Below, piece after piece: positions 13,359-27,099 of a stretch of DNA of 64,000 nt (position 1 is the first letter of the stretch; every line of letters starts with the position of its first letter). Position numbers and translations under genes: made by a program. The stretch covers positions 3,534,001-3,598,000 of the forward strand of contig JAYWIR010000003.1 in the NCBI GenBank assembly GCA_036172245.1. The letters run 5' to 3'. The notes beneath the pieces are model-generated. The model was not told the DNA's origin and made no database searches. It worked only from the letters and a program-made list of their open reading frames with translations. This stretch comes from Raillietiella orientalis (lineage: Eukaryota).

Positions 13359-15398
13359 TCACAGCCCTGTTGTTCCCTTGGGGTCAACTACATCTCGCAG
13401 ACTATCCAAGAGTTTAAGTATTGTCGGGCAATTTCGTAACACGCGGTGGACGCTCCCGCTTTCCTGGGAAAAAGACACTGCCATACCGTTGATACGAAAA
13501 CCGTTATATGTCAAATGGGGATGCAAACGTTCCATAGGATCTCCAAGAATTTTGGACACGAATATGCCCCATTCATAGCAGGCTTGAAACTCAGAGAAGA
13601 TATGCACAGTACGTTTATCGTATTTGTGACTTAAAACTGTAGGATCAGTGCATTCCTGTATTGCCTGATTAAACAGTAAACATTCATCCCTGGTTATGCG
13701 TTTCAGGAGAATGGATACGGGTATGCAATCAGCTCCTATATCCTGTTCACCATGACACTTTACCATATTCTTATTCCCTTTTTTCAGAATACGTTCTACA
13801 ATGAAGAGCTTGATGAGACAAGTGAGGATGGCATAAAGATGATAAATTTTAACTCCTAATTTCGATTGCATAACCCAATAAGCAAGCAGTAAGCAGTAAA
13901 ACTGCAAATTTTCAGGAACGTCTTGGATGCAACAATCATTCCCTTGAAGGGCATGTAGCAACAGTTTTCTTCTCTCACTATAATTGAGCGAAAATACTGT
14001 ATCACAGTCACACAACAATCCAATATTTTCTACTGTCTTTTTGGTATAGTAAGTCTTTTGTACAAACTCCTTTCTGTCTCTTATGAAAATCTCAATTTTT
14101 TGATCATGCTGCAGCAAAATATCCACAATGAAATGAACAATGGGAAGAGCACATGAAGCTGCTGCAGGGCTTTGCTCATCTTCCACTAGTGGTGCACAAA
14201 ACACGAACTTCTGCTGAATTATTTGTAGGGCTCTGGAATCCAGTTTGCCCTCACAAATCAGATGTTGCATCAAATTGCTATCTTTGGGCTCTGGATGACA
14301 AGCAAGGATTTTTTGACCAGCTTCTGTCTGTGTTAAAAATGGTGCCAAAGAGCGAACTACAAGTGCATCAGTTGCAACGCCATAACTTGCAAGACTGCTA
14401 TGAATTCTTTGTTCAATAGCAGATCTTTCAGTCTTGGGGATGTACTTGAGAAGCTAGCAAATGAAAACCAAATGAGATTTCCCAAGAAGCCAACACCATG
14501 TTATGTAGAAAGAAGCAAACATCAACACTTACAAGCTGCATAGCATACTCATATTTTCCTTAAGAGCTCATACCAATTTCCATCATACCTTACTTATTGC
14601 ATCTTCCAAGGTTTGTTGGCCTAACCATCGTAATAATCCTATAATGTGGCGATGTTGATACGACATACTCCTGCTTGTGGGGAGTGCTATCTGAGTAAAC
14701 ATTTCTGTGAACAATGATGAAGGTGCATGATCATTTCCCAAAACAGTACCCAATAATGGGAATAAACGAGGGTTCAGCCTATGTTTTCTGAAGAACTTAT
14801 CCAAATTGATTTTTTCACAGGAAATATAGTTCAAGTTTGTGCATGCCGAAAGAGAATGCACCACAGAATTGACACTTATTACATCACCCCCAAATATCAC
14901 GAAGTCACTGTCATTCGACAGAATGGGGCGTCCCAAAGCCTTTGCTATCGTCGCAATGTGCTGATCGGCATCGTAAGGGCAAGTTACAAAAGTAATTCGA
15001 GTATCCTGAAGTACAGATATAAAGACTTCTGCAATCAAACCCGGCACCGCATGATGTCTGTAATCGTTTTGGGGGTTTATATATAATCCAGACAACAGCC
15101 TATCTTTCCTCCTCTCCATAACTGTTTCCCATCTTGTATCTTGTTTCTTAAGTCCTCCATCTAGTATGACGATTGGAGTAATGTTGCACTTGAGTAATGC
15201 CGCGAAGAGCTGTTTAAAACGATTATAATACGTGTTGTAATCACCACCAAACGCTAAATTATTGTTTTTATGATAAGAGAAATGACTATGCATCAAATTC
15301 CAGCCATCAACAACTATAATGGTATCTGATAATCTGCAGGTTTCATAGCAGTCCCTTTCATATTCATTAAAATAACCAAATAATCCACGCACACCCAT
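13359..15398 (-). CDS. ASTE1: Protein asteroid homolog 1 (XPG/FEN1-like PIN nuclease fold). Exons 15398-14589 and 14453-13359, about 634 aa.
   Basis: Asteroid N-terminal motifs are present: MGVRGL..Y, IVVDGWNL, FGGDY..Y, F..LLKCNITPIVILDGG, DADQHIA.IAK.L..PILSNDSDF.IF, FPLLGTVLGND, GLLRWL. A 135-nt GT-AG phase-0 intron (14588-14454) joins DAISK to LLKYIPK. The C-terminal exon has VHIFSEFQAC. A 5'UTR acceptor lies near 15440. Confidence 0.93.
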
Positions 15399-18300
15399 TT
15401 TGCTAGCTTGCTTACGTTTATCGCTTCTGTGTACACTTCTGAAGGGATACCAAATGTAGAATGGAGAATAAATGAAAGACTTTTATAGAGAAGACAAATT
15501 AATTATTGTTTCATGAAGAGTTACGGATCAGTTTGCATAATTTTGAAAGTAAATAAAACTTTATAAACTTTTTGATATTGAGCACGCAATGCAGCTTTTA
15601 AAACGAGATGATATTTCTACGCAGATCCTGAAAGTGATTTCTGAAGATTCTATGGGTCCTACAGATCTATAATTCCATTGTTAATCATTTATATTTTTCA
15701 GTTGAAATGCTTCATTTTATTACTTAACGGATTATCAGCATCATTGCAATCATATGCTTAACGGATACGGCACTGCCGTATTCCTGTTCATCCAACACAT
15801 TCGTTCACAAAACAGGTTTGTAGTCTACACAGCGCTAAGCAGTAATTTGGACCAAAACAATGTGAAGTAACGATCTACATTTAGGCAGAAATCGACAAGG
15901 TGGAGAAGAATGAAATTTTTGACTGGAACATACTGAGAAAAAAGCCTGACGCCATCGCAGAATTATAATGAGCAAATGCATTGAAAAGCACCATGGAATT
16001 TCGAGGGTGACTGGGAAGTAGGGGGAAAAAGAATAAGAATATTGCTTGAGAGAGTATAGGCCACTCATAATCTATGCAAGAGTCAGAAAGCAAGGAGCTG
16101 ACAGAAGGAATCTAATCGAAAACATGAAGCAACAAACAAGACTTTGGGGATTTTGTAAACAAAATTGATTTCTGGCAACTCGAAACGAATGTTCACTACA
16201 CTCAGCAGCCAAATAACCTGCTACTGCAAAAATGAGATCTTGACTTAAGAGCAGTAATTTTCATGAGCTTGAAAAATATCAAATCATGTCTTTGTAAGGG
16301 AGTTGCTGAGAGTCGATGTTGCACACTTACAATTATTTGGTTGAAAATTTTTTTCCTCAACTTCAGTTTTTTTTTTTTTTTCTCGTACAAGGTCGTGCGC
16401 CCATTTCTTAGTTTGCACGTCGTTCAAATGCTATCCTTGTGAAATATTGTTACTTTAGTAGCTATTTCAAAACATTTCTTTTAACAGTTGGGTTTTAATT
16501 TTCCATAGATCACAATATTTTCTGTAGATTCATGTTTAAAGCATTTCCTTTTTCCCCTATCTCATGTTGCTTTTTAAAACAAGTTTTGAAGACAATGTTC
16601 TCCATGAGCACTTTCTTTCTGCAAAGGCCGGTTCAAAAATATTCACGATATCAAAAACCTGGAATTTCCATTCATTCCTTTTTTTTCTTTTCATTTCATT
16701 AAGACAACGATTTCTTGAATACATGAAGAAAAATTTCAGAGAAAAATCGCCATGAATACTTGGAGTTTTAAAGAAAATTGCAGGCAAGCTACTGAGGTTG
16801 CAGTATACTACCACTGACTTCTGATGCTTACCCGAGTGTTTGACTACATTTGAAATTCATGCAAGGCTTGATTTCCTCGTTCCAGCGCAAAACTTTCTAG
16901 TTAATTCTTCATGAGGCAGTTCTCACCCGGGTTTCGTTCCGTCCACGTTTAGTTGTGCACTCCATGCAATGATGCCAAACTACTTCCCTTCCTTTACTGA
17001 AACTCGTGTTTGCTCCTTTCCCAACCAAAACTACGTGTTTCAATACCAAAAGACCTGTGGTGAAAGCATCGCTGTTGCGAATTCAGCCACTCTTTCTTCG
17101 CTATAAAGAAATTCTCGGATCATTCCAATTATTTTCCAAAAGTTTTCCATAATGATATAAAAGGAATATTTTCGAGGTTTCCGAATCCAAAAAGCTTCAT
17201 GCCGAAAATGGCTGTTTTCTCTGAAAAATGCTCATGTATGCCGAATCCTACTGAATGCAGTAAGTGAACAACTTTCTGCATCCATTTTCTTCCATCCACT
17301 TTTTCATCTATCGCTCCGGGCTACCAGCTAACCATTTGAAATAGCAAAGGTTCTTCATGATTATTGAGAACAATAATTCTGCAATCTCTCGAATAATCAT
17401 CTGCTATTTGATTTCCTTCATCCTTCGAAGCTGTGGACTCTTAAGCTTTCCCATTCTTAGTTTCAAGTTTGCTTACGCAAGGATAAAATGCTCTTTGGGG
17501 TACAACTCGAGGAATGCATAGAGACAGAAGTGATGTCCTATTCGAGAGTAACACGAGAAACCGCCAGTCATCTACACCTTTGATTTCTTGTTGCTCTCGC
17601 TAAGGCGCCGTGTCATCTCAGTTCTGTAAGGCTCGAATTAGGACAGGAAAACACCGAAGCGAATCAAGAGATGGACATTGGCAGAGTGGACTGTGCTCCG
17701 AAATTGGCTCTTACCCTTCCTCGAATTTTTTCTGTGCAACCACTTCCTCGTTTTCGAAGACCTTCGCCGGACGTCGTAGACGAGTCCTCTCTTGTCCGTT
17801 CAAGTGGTGTTTACTCATGAGCGTTTGTTGATAGATCCAGAACGGATGAACTTCAGATGGCGCCGCTATTCGAATTACATCGTACGCAACCTCAAATGAA
17901 AGTCTCATCGGGATAGCAATCCAAAGAAGAAATAAATACTTTCAATTGACAGGAATGTGTCGATAAGACGGTCGGAGTCGGAGAAATTGCCCGGACGTGC
18001 TCGAACTGCTCGTGATTTTCGCTGTCGGTCACAGGCCGTTGGGAGCTCTGGAAACCGGAAGGTTTGCCTGCCTGCTCTGTCATACAAGGACTCTGCATCG
18101 TCCGAGGAGCGGCTTCGGGGAAGGAAGAAGGGGAGGAGGGGGAACTCGAGGAAGATGGATTTTCAATGGTCTCGTGATGCAGGCGCAAAGAGAACGGCAA
18201 ATGCACCACAGTGATTCATGCAGGAAGACAGACACGCAGATTGATTTTACGATTTTCTCTCGGAAGATTCGAGGCTTCACTTGCGGCTAAAAATAACTCC

Positions 18301-20599
18301 GAGGAGCCGAAGGGGAAATGTTCGAAGAGTGTCCCTGAGGATCAGGAACAGAAGAATTTGCACCTCTTCCTGCTCCCATCCTTAGCAAGACATCCGAATT
18401 TTTTTTTCCTTGCCAAAAGTGGTGCCCTACCCTCTATCTTTTGCTGCATCTGCCCTCTCATGTTCAATTGCCGTGGCTTGCATAATGGATCTCAAAGCCG
18501 GAAGGAGAAAGCAGGAGGTGATTGAGTAAGGCGAACTGCACGATCCGGTCGTTCTGATCTCAAATGAATTTCGTGTGTATCAGGACTGGTGCCTTTTGTC
18601 TCCGAAAGGGAAAAGAGCTTGGAGTGCGGCTTTGCAGGTTTCGAGCTCGCAGCAGAGAACTTCTCTTTAGGATGGTAAAGCCGTCTTCAAGGTGCTCTGG
18701 ACCGTGCTTGGCGACTAAAGGCCGGTGTTTTCCAGCCTCGGGATCGTGTTACCACAACAGAATAGTGGGCGTTGCTTGCGTCCTACCATTCCCTTAAGCT
18801 TCTCGAGCAGCTACAGGAGAAACGTGCCATGTATGTGCTCCACCCTTCACTCCTGGGATGAAACACGGGCCTTCGGCCCATTTGCTCGCAGCTACCTCTT
18901 CGAAAATGCTGCCCCAGGGAATTCTGCCGCCCTTCTGGGAATCACGGAGTGGACAATCTCACAAACGAAGACATCAGCGTGCTGGCGAACTGAGATAGAG
19001 GTAAATGATTTGACCACTTCCAGTAAATGGGGCTTCTCGTCCCATTAAGATAGAAGAAGAAAGGAAGAAAAAGACATTTCAGGAGCTGCTTGAGAGAATC
19101 ATGAGTTTCTTGAAAGGGTGATGTATGTTTGGGTCTTGGCATCGCTCCGAATCCAACATCTGCATCAAGGTCTGCTTTTGATATCACCATGAAGATCTAC
19201 TTTTCGGTCAAGTGCCTTCTAACGGATGATGCGTTGAAGGATCTATCAACGGTTTTGCTGGACGATGGGGATCGATCCCTTCGCTCGAAGGCAAGATGCA
19301 GAACTTTTTGAAAACACAGTGGCTTCCAGCCAGCCAGTACCTGGAGTCAAACCGACGCTCCCTCCTGCTCCGAGTCGAAGGTCTGATTATCCTGCTGAAT
19401 GCTGTTTCTCCTTTAGGATCTAGATAACAGATTGGAAGCAATCGAGGCAGCTCCGGGAGGAACAAAGCATCTCTACTTCTCCTCCAGAAGAGTGCCTGCA
19501 CCGATAAAAGAGGCTGCCACAGTATCTTAGAATTACAGAACCCAGCAAACGGGGAGATGTGAGAAGAAACGAGAAACCTCAGGCATCAAACCGGAAGCAA
19601 AAGAAAAGAAATGGTGGAACTGGAACATATACTGGAAGCAGCAATTGGGCCATCTACAGCAATGAAGAAGGACAGCGGCAGATCAGAAAGCACGTGGTTA
19701 CCAGAAGCAGCTGAAGAAGGGAGGACGGAAAGATTGCAAGGATGTCGATCTTCCGTTCATCACTGTCTAGGTCCATGATTAACACCGTATGCAAGCAAAA
19801 TGCAATAAAGTTGAAGACGTGGTATTCGGTTCGATACTAGTAGCATCGAGCAGTCTGCCACACTTCTCCTGGGCTGAAACACACTCTTTGACCAATCAGA
19901 AGCCAGTGGAACTGTATCTGCGGACAAGAAGCCCATGCGTTAAAGCGTGACCGAGGGTGAAAGTCGTTTCTTTTCCCTTTAACATGAGAGGCCGAATTTA
20001 GAACGAAGACTTTACCTTCGAAGACTCGCCTTCCTTCCTTTCGAATGAGGCTTCTCTATCTTGCAACTCACTGTCTTGTAATTGATTTATCGTCCAGACT
20101 GAATTTGTCTTGGATTTTTATGCTGCTACGAGAAAAGTCTGGAAGCATACTTTCGAGCTCCCCAGCAAACCCAGAAAGAGAAAGACCATAAGCACCGAAG
20201 ATAAATCATCAAAAGTAAGAAGAAAAAAAATACGTTTCTGAACTTTCCCAATATTTTTATTCTTGTCGTTGCGTTACTTTCTGGCAGGAGCGCGTTTTCC
20301 ATGGCTTTAAGGGTTCAGAGGGATAACGTCTGCTATTATTAGATCTCAGTCGACCCGTAGTACTGAAGGAAAGAAACACTTCTACCGAACGATCTTCCAT
20401 TTAACTTTGCTTTCAGCAGAAAACGCTCCTGCTGGAGTCTGGAACTACAGGAGTGGTATAGCGAAGGGAACCCCACTATGGTCATCGGAGATGGATGTGC
20501 TGGTACTCCATTCTTCATTCCGAGATCACGATCTCAGATAAAAATTTAGCACTTCCTGATAGCGGCCTTTGATGGAGTTCGAGGTGCATCTACGAAGGA

Positions 20600-23300
20600 C
20601 ATCTGAAAATCCATCTTTCTCAAAGAGGTTTTCCAGAAGCGTGGCTCTGCTCTGCACTGTGGAAAGCACTGTTTTTCTTGCAACCTTTAAGTCTCAACCA
20701 AATCTCGGCCTTCGACTCTCGAGTGCGGAGACGTCAGACGAACCGACTTATTCGATGCCGGAATATTCGCAATGCTGCAAAACTTACTGGAATAATCACT
20801 TTGAAGACCATCTGCAGATTTTTCGTGCCGGATGCAAGAGATTTACGGATTTAGGTCTCCAGCCAAATCTTCTCTCAAGTTCTAACTTCCATCACCACCT
20901 TCCACACCACTGCCCAACCAGCGGAACTTGCTGTAATGAATCGAGCACCCTCTTGGAGCGAAGAGTATGCAAACCGTTGGGCATCTTTCGATAGATAAGT
21001 CGGGTTTCTCAAATATGGTGCACACTTTCAGATGCAAAGCACTGCTGCTTTGATCCGCGAGTAGGCGCTCATTGGTAAGCTGCTAAACACTGGTACCAAC
21101 TTAGGAATCCCATTAGTCACTTTTCAAATGGTCTATTCGGAAATCACGGCATGTACTAATCCTTCAGTAGTGCCAAAGTCACCTAAAGACCGCAGCAGAA
21201 AGAGGAAGCTGTTGCTAAGAATCGCAAACAATTTTCTTCGAGGTAGACAAGCTTGCAGAATCCTGCGACCAATATCCACGCAGCGTCTCTTTGTTGCTGA
21301 GGAACGCACTCTACTGTGAATGCGTTTAACCGATGGATGATAGAGAAAATTTCAGGGATGGATGGATTCTCAAGAGAGAAAGCAATTCTGATTTCAAAAA
21401 AGAGGACACGCAAAATCACAACACTTCTTCTCTTGATGGGACATGTAAACACCGATGGTGCAACAAGAAGAACTCGATTTCGAAAGCAGTGGAGAATGGA
21501 CAGTGGAGGGATAACAGTCGGTCATCACAGCACTCAATAAACAGGAATATGATAATAGGAATACGATTTTTATCGCAAGGAATAACGACGGAGAGAAAAC
21601 AAGAACTGGAACAGAAATTTGTAGTAAATGGCAGGGAACTTTGATCTAAGCCAGAGGAACGGAAGGAACAAATTCAACAGTAACTGAGTGTGGAGCAAGG
21701 AAAAAAAAATGCGTGCAGAGGAGGAAAAGCGAACGACGAAAATCAAATCAGGAGCTTGGCATTCCAACTAGGATCACCGGAAGAACAGCTACTTCTAGAA
21801 GACAGACTTGAAATGTAGCAAGAAGAATTTGCAACGGAAAACGATCATTCCAAGAAAAATTGTTCGTGCACAATTCGAAGGTCTTTAACAGGGATAAGAA
21901 GGTGGTTTGGGAGGCCGTATGTTATCAACGGAAGCCAAATTCTATTCGCTCCTACACCTCTACTTGGCAGCGCTTTGGGATGGAGGTAAATGCCTGCTCG
22001 GATTTGGTGGAACGTGCTCGCGATTCCACGAACATTTCAACCGCCAGGTTCGGCTCCAGAAAAGTGGTCTTTCGATGTTGGGCATTTCAAGGAAATTTCC
22101 GACTTTTCAGCAGCTGCCGAAGACGACATGTTCATCCATGGGAACAAGCTTGTCTGAGAAAGAGCTTCAATCCCCTCATCGATCAGCGTCTCCATCCTGA
22201 AAATAGGGCCTCCAGCCTATGTGGTTTCCTGGTAAGTGTCCGGTTGGCTCAAGCACTCGCTTTTGAACACTCCCTGATGGCTCAGAATTCGATTCATCTC
22301 CACAGTCATTCCTCACAATATATGAGTTGACTTGTTTTTCTTTCATTCGCTATTCGCTGCACTCTGCCCTTGGTGTTCTGCTGGTTTCTGGAGGTCTTTG
22401 TTGTGAGCTTTAGCAGTCATAGATCCAGTAGGAAACCAAACTCACGTATCACAAGCAGGAGGTATCTATGACGACAGCCGAACCAGCTTCAAGATGAGTT
22501 GCCAATGCTAGCAGAAGACCTCAAATCCTAGAGTATCTGTCTTTCCGGAATGTGGAAACAGCTCGGTGCGATCTCTGAACGGGGCATCAAAGCATGCTGT
22601 CACAGGTTTTAGTCTTCCAAGTACCTACGTGTTTGGAAGATGCGTGGCGCTGATGTAGCTGGACGAGAGAGCTCATACGAGTTGCTACGCCTTTTTCAAG
22701 TTCATGGGAAAACGCCCGGACATTGATTTGCCGTCCGAAATAGCTCTCTGGTCACGTTTCATGCCTCCCGTGAGGTGTGACCTTTGCGCTCAGGTGGAGG
22801 TGGGAAAATGCCCTACAGCAGATGGAGCAGAAGTCTCAGAATTCGCTGTTCAACAGTTCGAGGAACCCGGCAAGAGATTCCTGCACCGTAGAAGCTTTCG
22901 GAGGGAAAGTCGAGTTTCCACGTTGCCCTAGCATTAAGAGGCTTGAGTGCAGGATATGAAGAAGTAGAAAGCTTAGCGGAGCCTGGAGTGACAACTTGTC
23001 AATCTGGTTTCCAGCTCCTCGTGGAACCCGAAGGCGGTGGCAAAGAGTGCCACGATGGACTACGACTCGTGGAATGGCGATGGAACCACTTCGAGAATCT
23101 CCAACGAAACTCGTTCTGGATCGGTCTTAGAAGACAGACATTCACTACTGTTTCAGGCCCATGTAAGAAAGAAGTTCCGTGTTACTGGTGATTTGCCACC
23201 GCCACGCCCAGATGATCCCGAAGAAGGAGAAAACACCAGGTCAGGTGCAAAACCTGTCACGGAGTGCAGCTCAGAAACGCCTAGAAGCACCCCGCAGTTC
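20600..23300 (-). mobile_element. Highly decayed R2-superfamily-like (RLE) non-LTR retrotransposon relic
   Basis: Minus-strand remnants: RRYLE (YKYLG-like, ~22625), CFASESVHHI (CCHC-like, ~21030) and WRPKSV (RPD-like, ~20855), in the expected order. Very degenerate. Confidence 0.35.
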
Positions 23301-25199
23301 TGCTGACACCGATGTGTAGAATGCAGGCATGAGCGGCAATCTCTTGGGTGCTGACCCATAGCTGGCAATTAGGGGAATCCAGAGAACACATGAGAACATT
23401 TCATCAAAGTGCTTCACCCTGACTTTCCTTAGAAACACATCCACACTTTTCCTGTCTCCCTACCCATTACCTCTTCGTCTTTCCAGCAAGATTGAACCGC
23501 ACTTCCAGACCGCTTTGGCTTCCCATCAGCTTCCCACCTGCTTGAACCACATCGTGCTAGGAGCTCTGCATCTTCTACTGCAACCGAATTCTTTCTTTCT
23601 GGTGTCAGCTCACATGCCTCTCGTAGAATGAAAGATGAAGCTAAAGAAATGAACCTAGGAGGAAAATAATGGGCACATGGATGCGATCAACCATTGAAGC
23701 ACGCACAAAGTATAGGTGACATGCAAATGAAACAATACAAATGACGTACTGACATGTGCTTCCCCCCCCCCCCCCCAAAGCATTGAAAATGCAATGCCAT
23801 GCGAAAGGCAAGATGAAGATCTGTGAAAACGCAGAATGGATTTTCATTGGGATTCGTTCCATACGAACCACGCATGCTACAACCCAAGTTGGCGTACGGC
23901 TGGAGGATTCTTGACGGACACCCATCCGATAGCCCCACGTGGATGAGGAGGTAGGATCTTTGGGCGTTTCTAGAGACCTCCTCCTTTCTCAGATGCCTCG
24001 CCTCTCTGGATCTCTGATTCCTTCGGATGGTGAACAAGGTCCCTTGAGCCAAGAAACCCATCCCTATGAGAGCACGCATCAGGGCAGGTGCTACTCTGGA
24101 GAAGGAAGCTCATTGCCAGGCTCTCACCTTCCCTTTCCAGACATCTTCCTAAACCTCTGTATAGCTTTCGAAAGGGCAACGAACTTTGATTATGCCTCTG
24201 GGGTGCCAGCTCCAAAACGGCACTCCGGAGGTCGAATCTTCCTGTCTGTTCCTGTTGGACTGCATGCTCGAGCGCGCCATTTTCCTCGTGGAGGTTGCTC
24301 CTCCCGTCTCTCGGGGAACTCTACTTCTCCTTACGCAGTCTTTCGCCGCACCCCACGAGTCCAAGGGCCCCCTACGGCATTCGCCCGCAGCGATGGAGGA
24401 GCATCTCCGTCGCAGCAAACTGGAGAGACGGTCTTCGGTACTTGCTCCTCTTCTCGAGAGCGGCGGCCAAAGGCTCGTAGGGGCTACAGGCGGTTCACGG
24501 CCTCATGTTTCCTGGAGCAGCACGTCCAATGGCACTCTTGGGATGGGTTTATTGGAGACCACATTTTCTCTTGACCTGGTCTAGCAGTTCGCATTTCTCT
24601 TAGCGGTCCGATTAGTGGCTGACGATGTGGTTTGAAGACTCCCCCTCTACCACGCCCCTCCTGGACGCATTATCCCCGGACGGGAATCCCTGCTTTATAA
24701 GTTGCGATGCGAAATTGTTGTTGGCATCTGCAAGAACCCCCTGGTAAGGGTTCTTGCGCACGATAAGAACCCCCCGGTGGCACAGCCACTGGTGAAGAAT
24801 CCGCCTCGATAGCATCCCGGCGACCATCGCTTGCTGGGATGGTCCTCTGCAGCTAGGAACGGAAGCCCCCGTCATCGATTACGACCGGAAAACGTCACGG
24901 CCTGAGAAATCCAAGGAGCCTTTCGGAGCGACCGCCCGTTCCCGAGCAAGTGCAGCCCTTCCTGCCCCGCTGCGGGAATGGCAGGCGTTTCGAGCGCCGC
25001 TGCCGGGGCAGAGAGGCTCCTCCATGAATGCCAAGGAGCTCGCTCGCTCATTCCCGAGGTGTGACCCAACTTGCGGTCGTTCGCCACCCCACGCCACCTC
25101 TTTTTGCAATCCTGCGATTTCCCGTCGTGAAACCCAACGCAACCCCCTTTCGCGGGAAGCCCTTTCACTCGGCTGGTGCTTTCTCGAATTCGAACCGCG

Positions 25200-27030
25200 C
25201 CCGTCGTCGTCGCCGGGAGCCGGAGGGATCTCCGGGACGCGCTGCCCGCTCACCGGAAAGAGTGAAGGGGCTCAAGAGCCCCAAACCTCTGTCTGCAAAA
25301 ATAAAAAAAAAAAAAATCTGAGAACACGAGTATTCCAGAAAGGAAAGGAGCTCAAGTCGGCAGCTGCCCCTCGAGGGGAAGCGGTTGAAGCAACTTAACG
25401 TCACGGAGCCCTCTCAGTCCCACAGATACGAAGACTCTCGGAAAGTCCTGTCTTTCGAGCTGCTCTGCCAAACGTCAGTGGCAGGAAATGCCATGCATCT
25501 CCAGTCTCACGCAGATGCACTGACCATGGGGTACGCTACAGTTTCTGCGCACCGTTTCTTTGGAACCCGGCAGAATATTCGACATCCGACCACGTTGGCG
25601 GCGGCGTGGCTGCTGCCTCCGCGAGTACCAAGCGTCGCGGGTTCGAATCCCACCCACCAAGTTGGCGGGGAAGGAAAGACCGACGCCAAGGGATGAAGAA
25701 GGGGAGATGCATCGCATCGAGAGTTTCCAGCCCCTCCCCCTTTCCCCCTCAGGATGACGCTGGTTGACCTGTAAGCTTCGGATGCGGCACCGGTGGAAGC
25801 CTGGCTGACCGGGATTGGAAGTTGATTCTTCAGGGTCCTTCCAGGAATCAAGGAGCATCGGTTCCCTTCGAATTCTCCTACGGTTGTGCAAATGGAAGTG
25901 GTTGACACACCTCCTCGGGGGGTTGCTTCTCCAGAATGTAAGAAGCGGGCTGCTCCCTTCGTGGAGCGCCCTTCAGGGAAATCGTGAAGCGTTCCTTCGG
26001 GATTCTCTTCAGAGGAGGAAACCAGGAGCTGTTCCCTTGCGGGTTCCCTCCTGGGAAGAAATGAAAACCGTCCCACTCCGGGGGGTCCCTCCGGAATGAA
26101 TAAGGAAGAGGTTCGCTTCGGGATTCCGTCCCAAGCGTAGGAGGCACGGATTCCTTTCTCTGGAGTCTCCCTGGATTCATAGGGTGGTAATCCCTGGATT
26201 GCTTCCTGACTTGAAGAGTCATACGCACTCCCGGGTGGCGTGGATGGCGTTAAAGAGCTTTGTGAGCCCTCTCCCCTTCCCCCGAGGAGAAGAACGGTTC
26301 TTCAACACTTGGCGAACCAAAAAACAAAAGCTGGAAGGAAACAGAAGGACCCCGGGGGATTTCTGTCATCCTAGTCCCAGTCTCTCTCCAGCGTGCTCAG
26401 AGGCATGCGGGAAAATGCCCTACAGCCGATGGAGCAGAAGCCTGCTGCCTGGAGCCGCTGTTCCAGCACGCTGGAATAATGGCACCCTCCCCTCAAGTGG
26501 CAGGGGTTGGTGTTGCTGGCGGGGCATGGGGGATCCCGTGCAAAGTGCCCTTCGCACTGGATACGGGGGAGGGTGGACGCTTAGTGCGGCAGGTGCGGGA
26601 AGAAAGAGACCCTCCGACCCTTCCGCACCTGCTGTTGGACCGTCATGCCCTCCAGTCGCTTTGGGATCGCCTCGCAACGATCCTAGATATCCCGGCGGGC
26701 GATGCCAGGCACACTTGGAAACGCCTTTTCGCGCGTGATGCCGCACTGTCGCCGGCTGCATCCCTCGTAGTCCTTTACTGCGCTCGCGGGATCGTGGCAG
26801 CATGGAAAGCGGGAGGAAGAGTACGCAATAGCAGGATCGCCATGCACTGGGAGCGGCTTTTCCTGAGGACCTCCTTGAGATGGACCTGCCAGGGCGCTCT
26901 ACGGATAGAACTCGCCAGCATTCTGGACAGGATGCAGAGGACGCCTGGCAGCTTACCGTGGCCCTCTCCCAGCGTATGATCCCCCTTCCCTGTTTTTGTG
27001 TGCTTTATTTCTTTCGTGTTTTTGTTTCCC
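25200..27030 (+). mobile_element. Decayed L1/Tx1-like LINE ORF2 3' half plus 3' UTR, copy B
   Basis: ARWNNGTLP, then CGRCGKKETL / PHLLLDRHALQSLWDRLATIL (frameshifted CCHC knuckle), then C-terminus RIELASILDRMQRTPGSLPWPSPSV* and a T-rich 3' UTR. Homologous to copies A, C and D. Confidence 0.7.
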
Positions 27031-27099
27031 CTTCCCCCACGCTTCCGAAGCGGAACTCGCCGGCCTGCGTACCGCTCTTCGGCAGGTTCATTGAGCAAT

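Noticed and set aside
25588..25659. tRNA gene or tRNA-headed SINE (B-box GGTTCGAATC here and at ~7316)
   Set aside because: No convincing cloverleaf. The motif sits inside LINE ORF2 relics at the position of the GG(L/R)G motif, and LINE-like remnants continue upstream of it in both copies.
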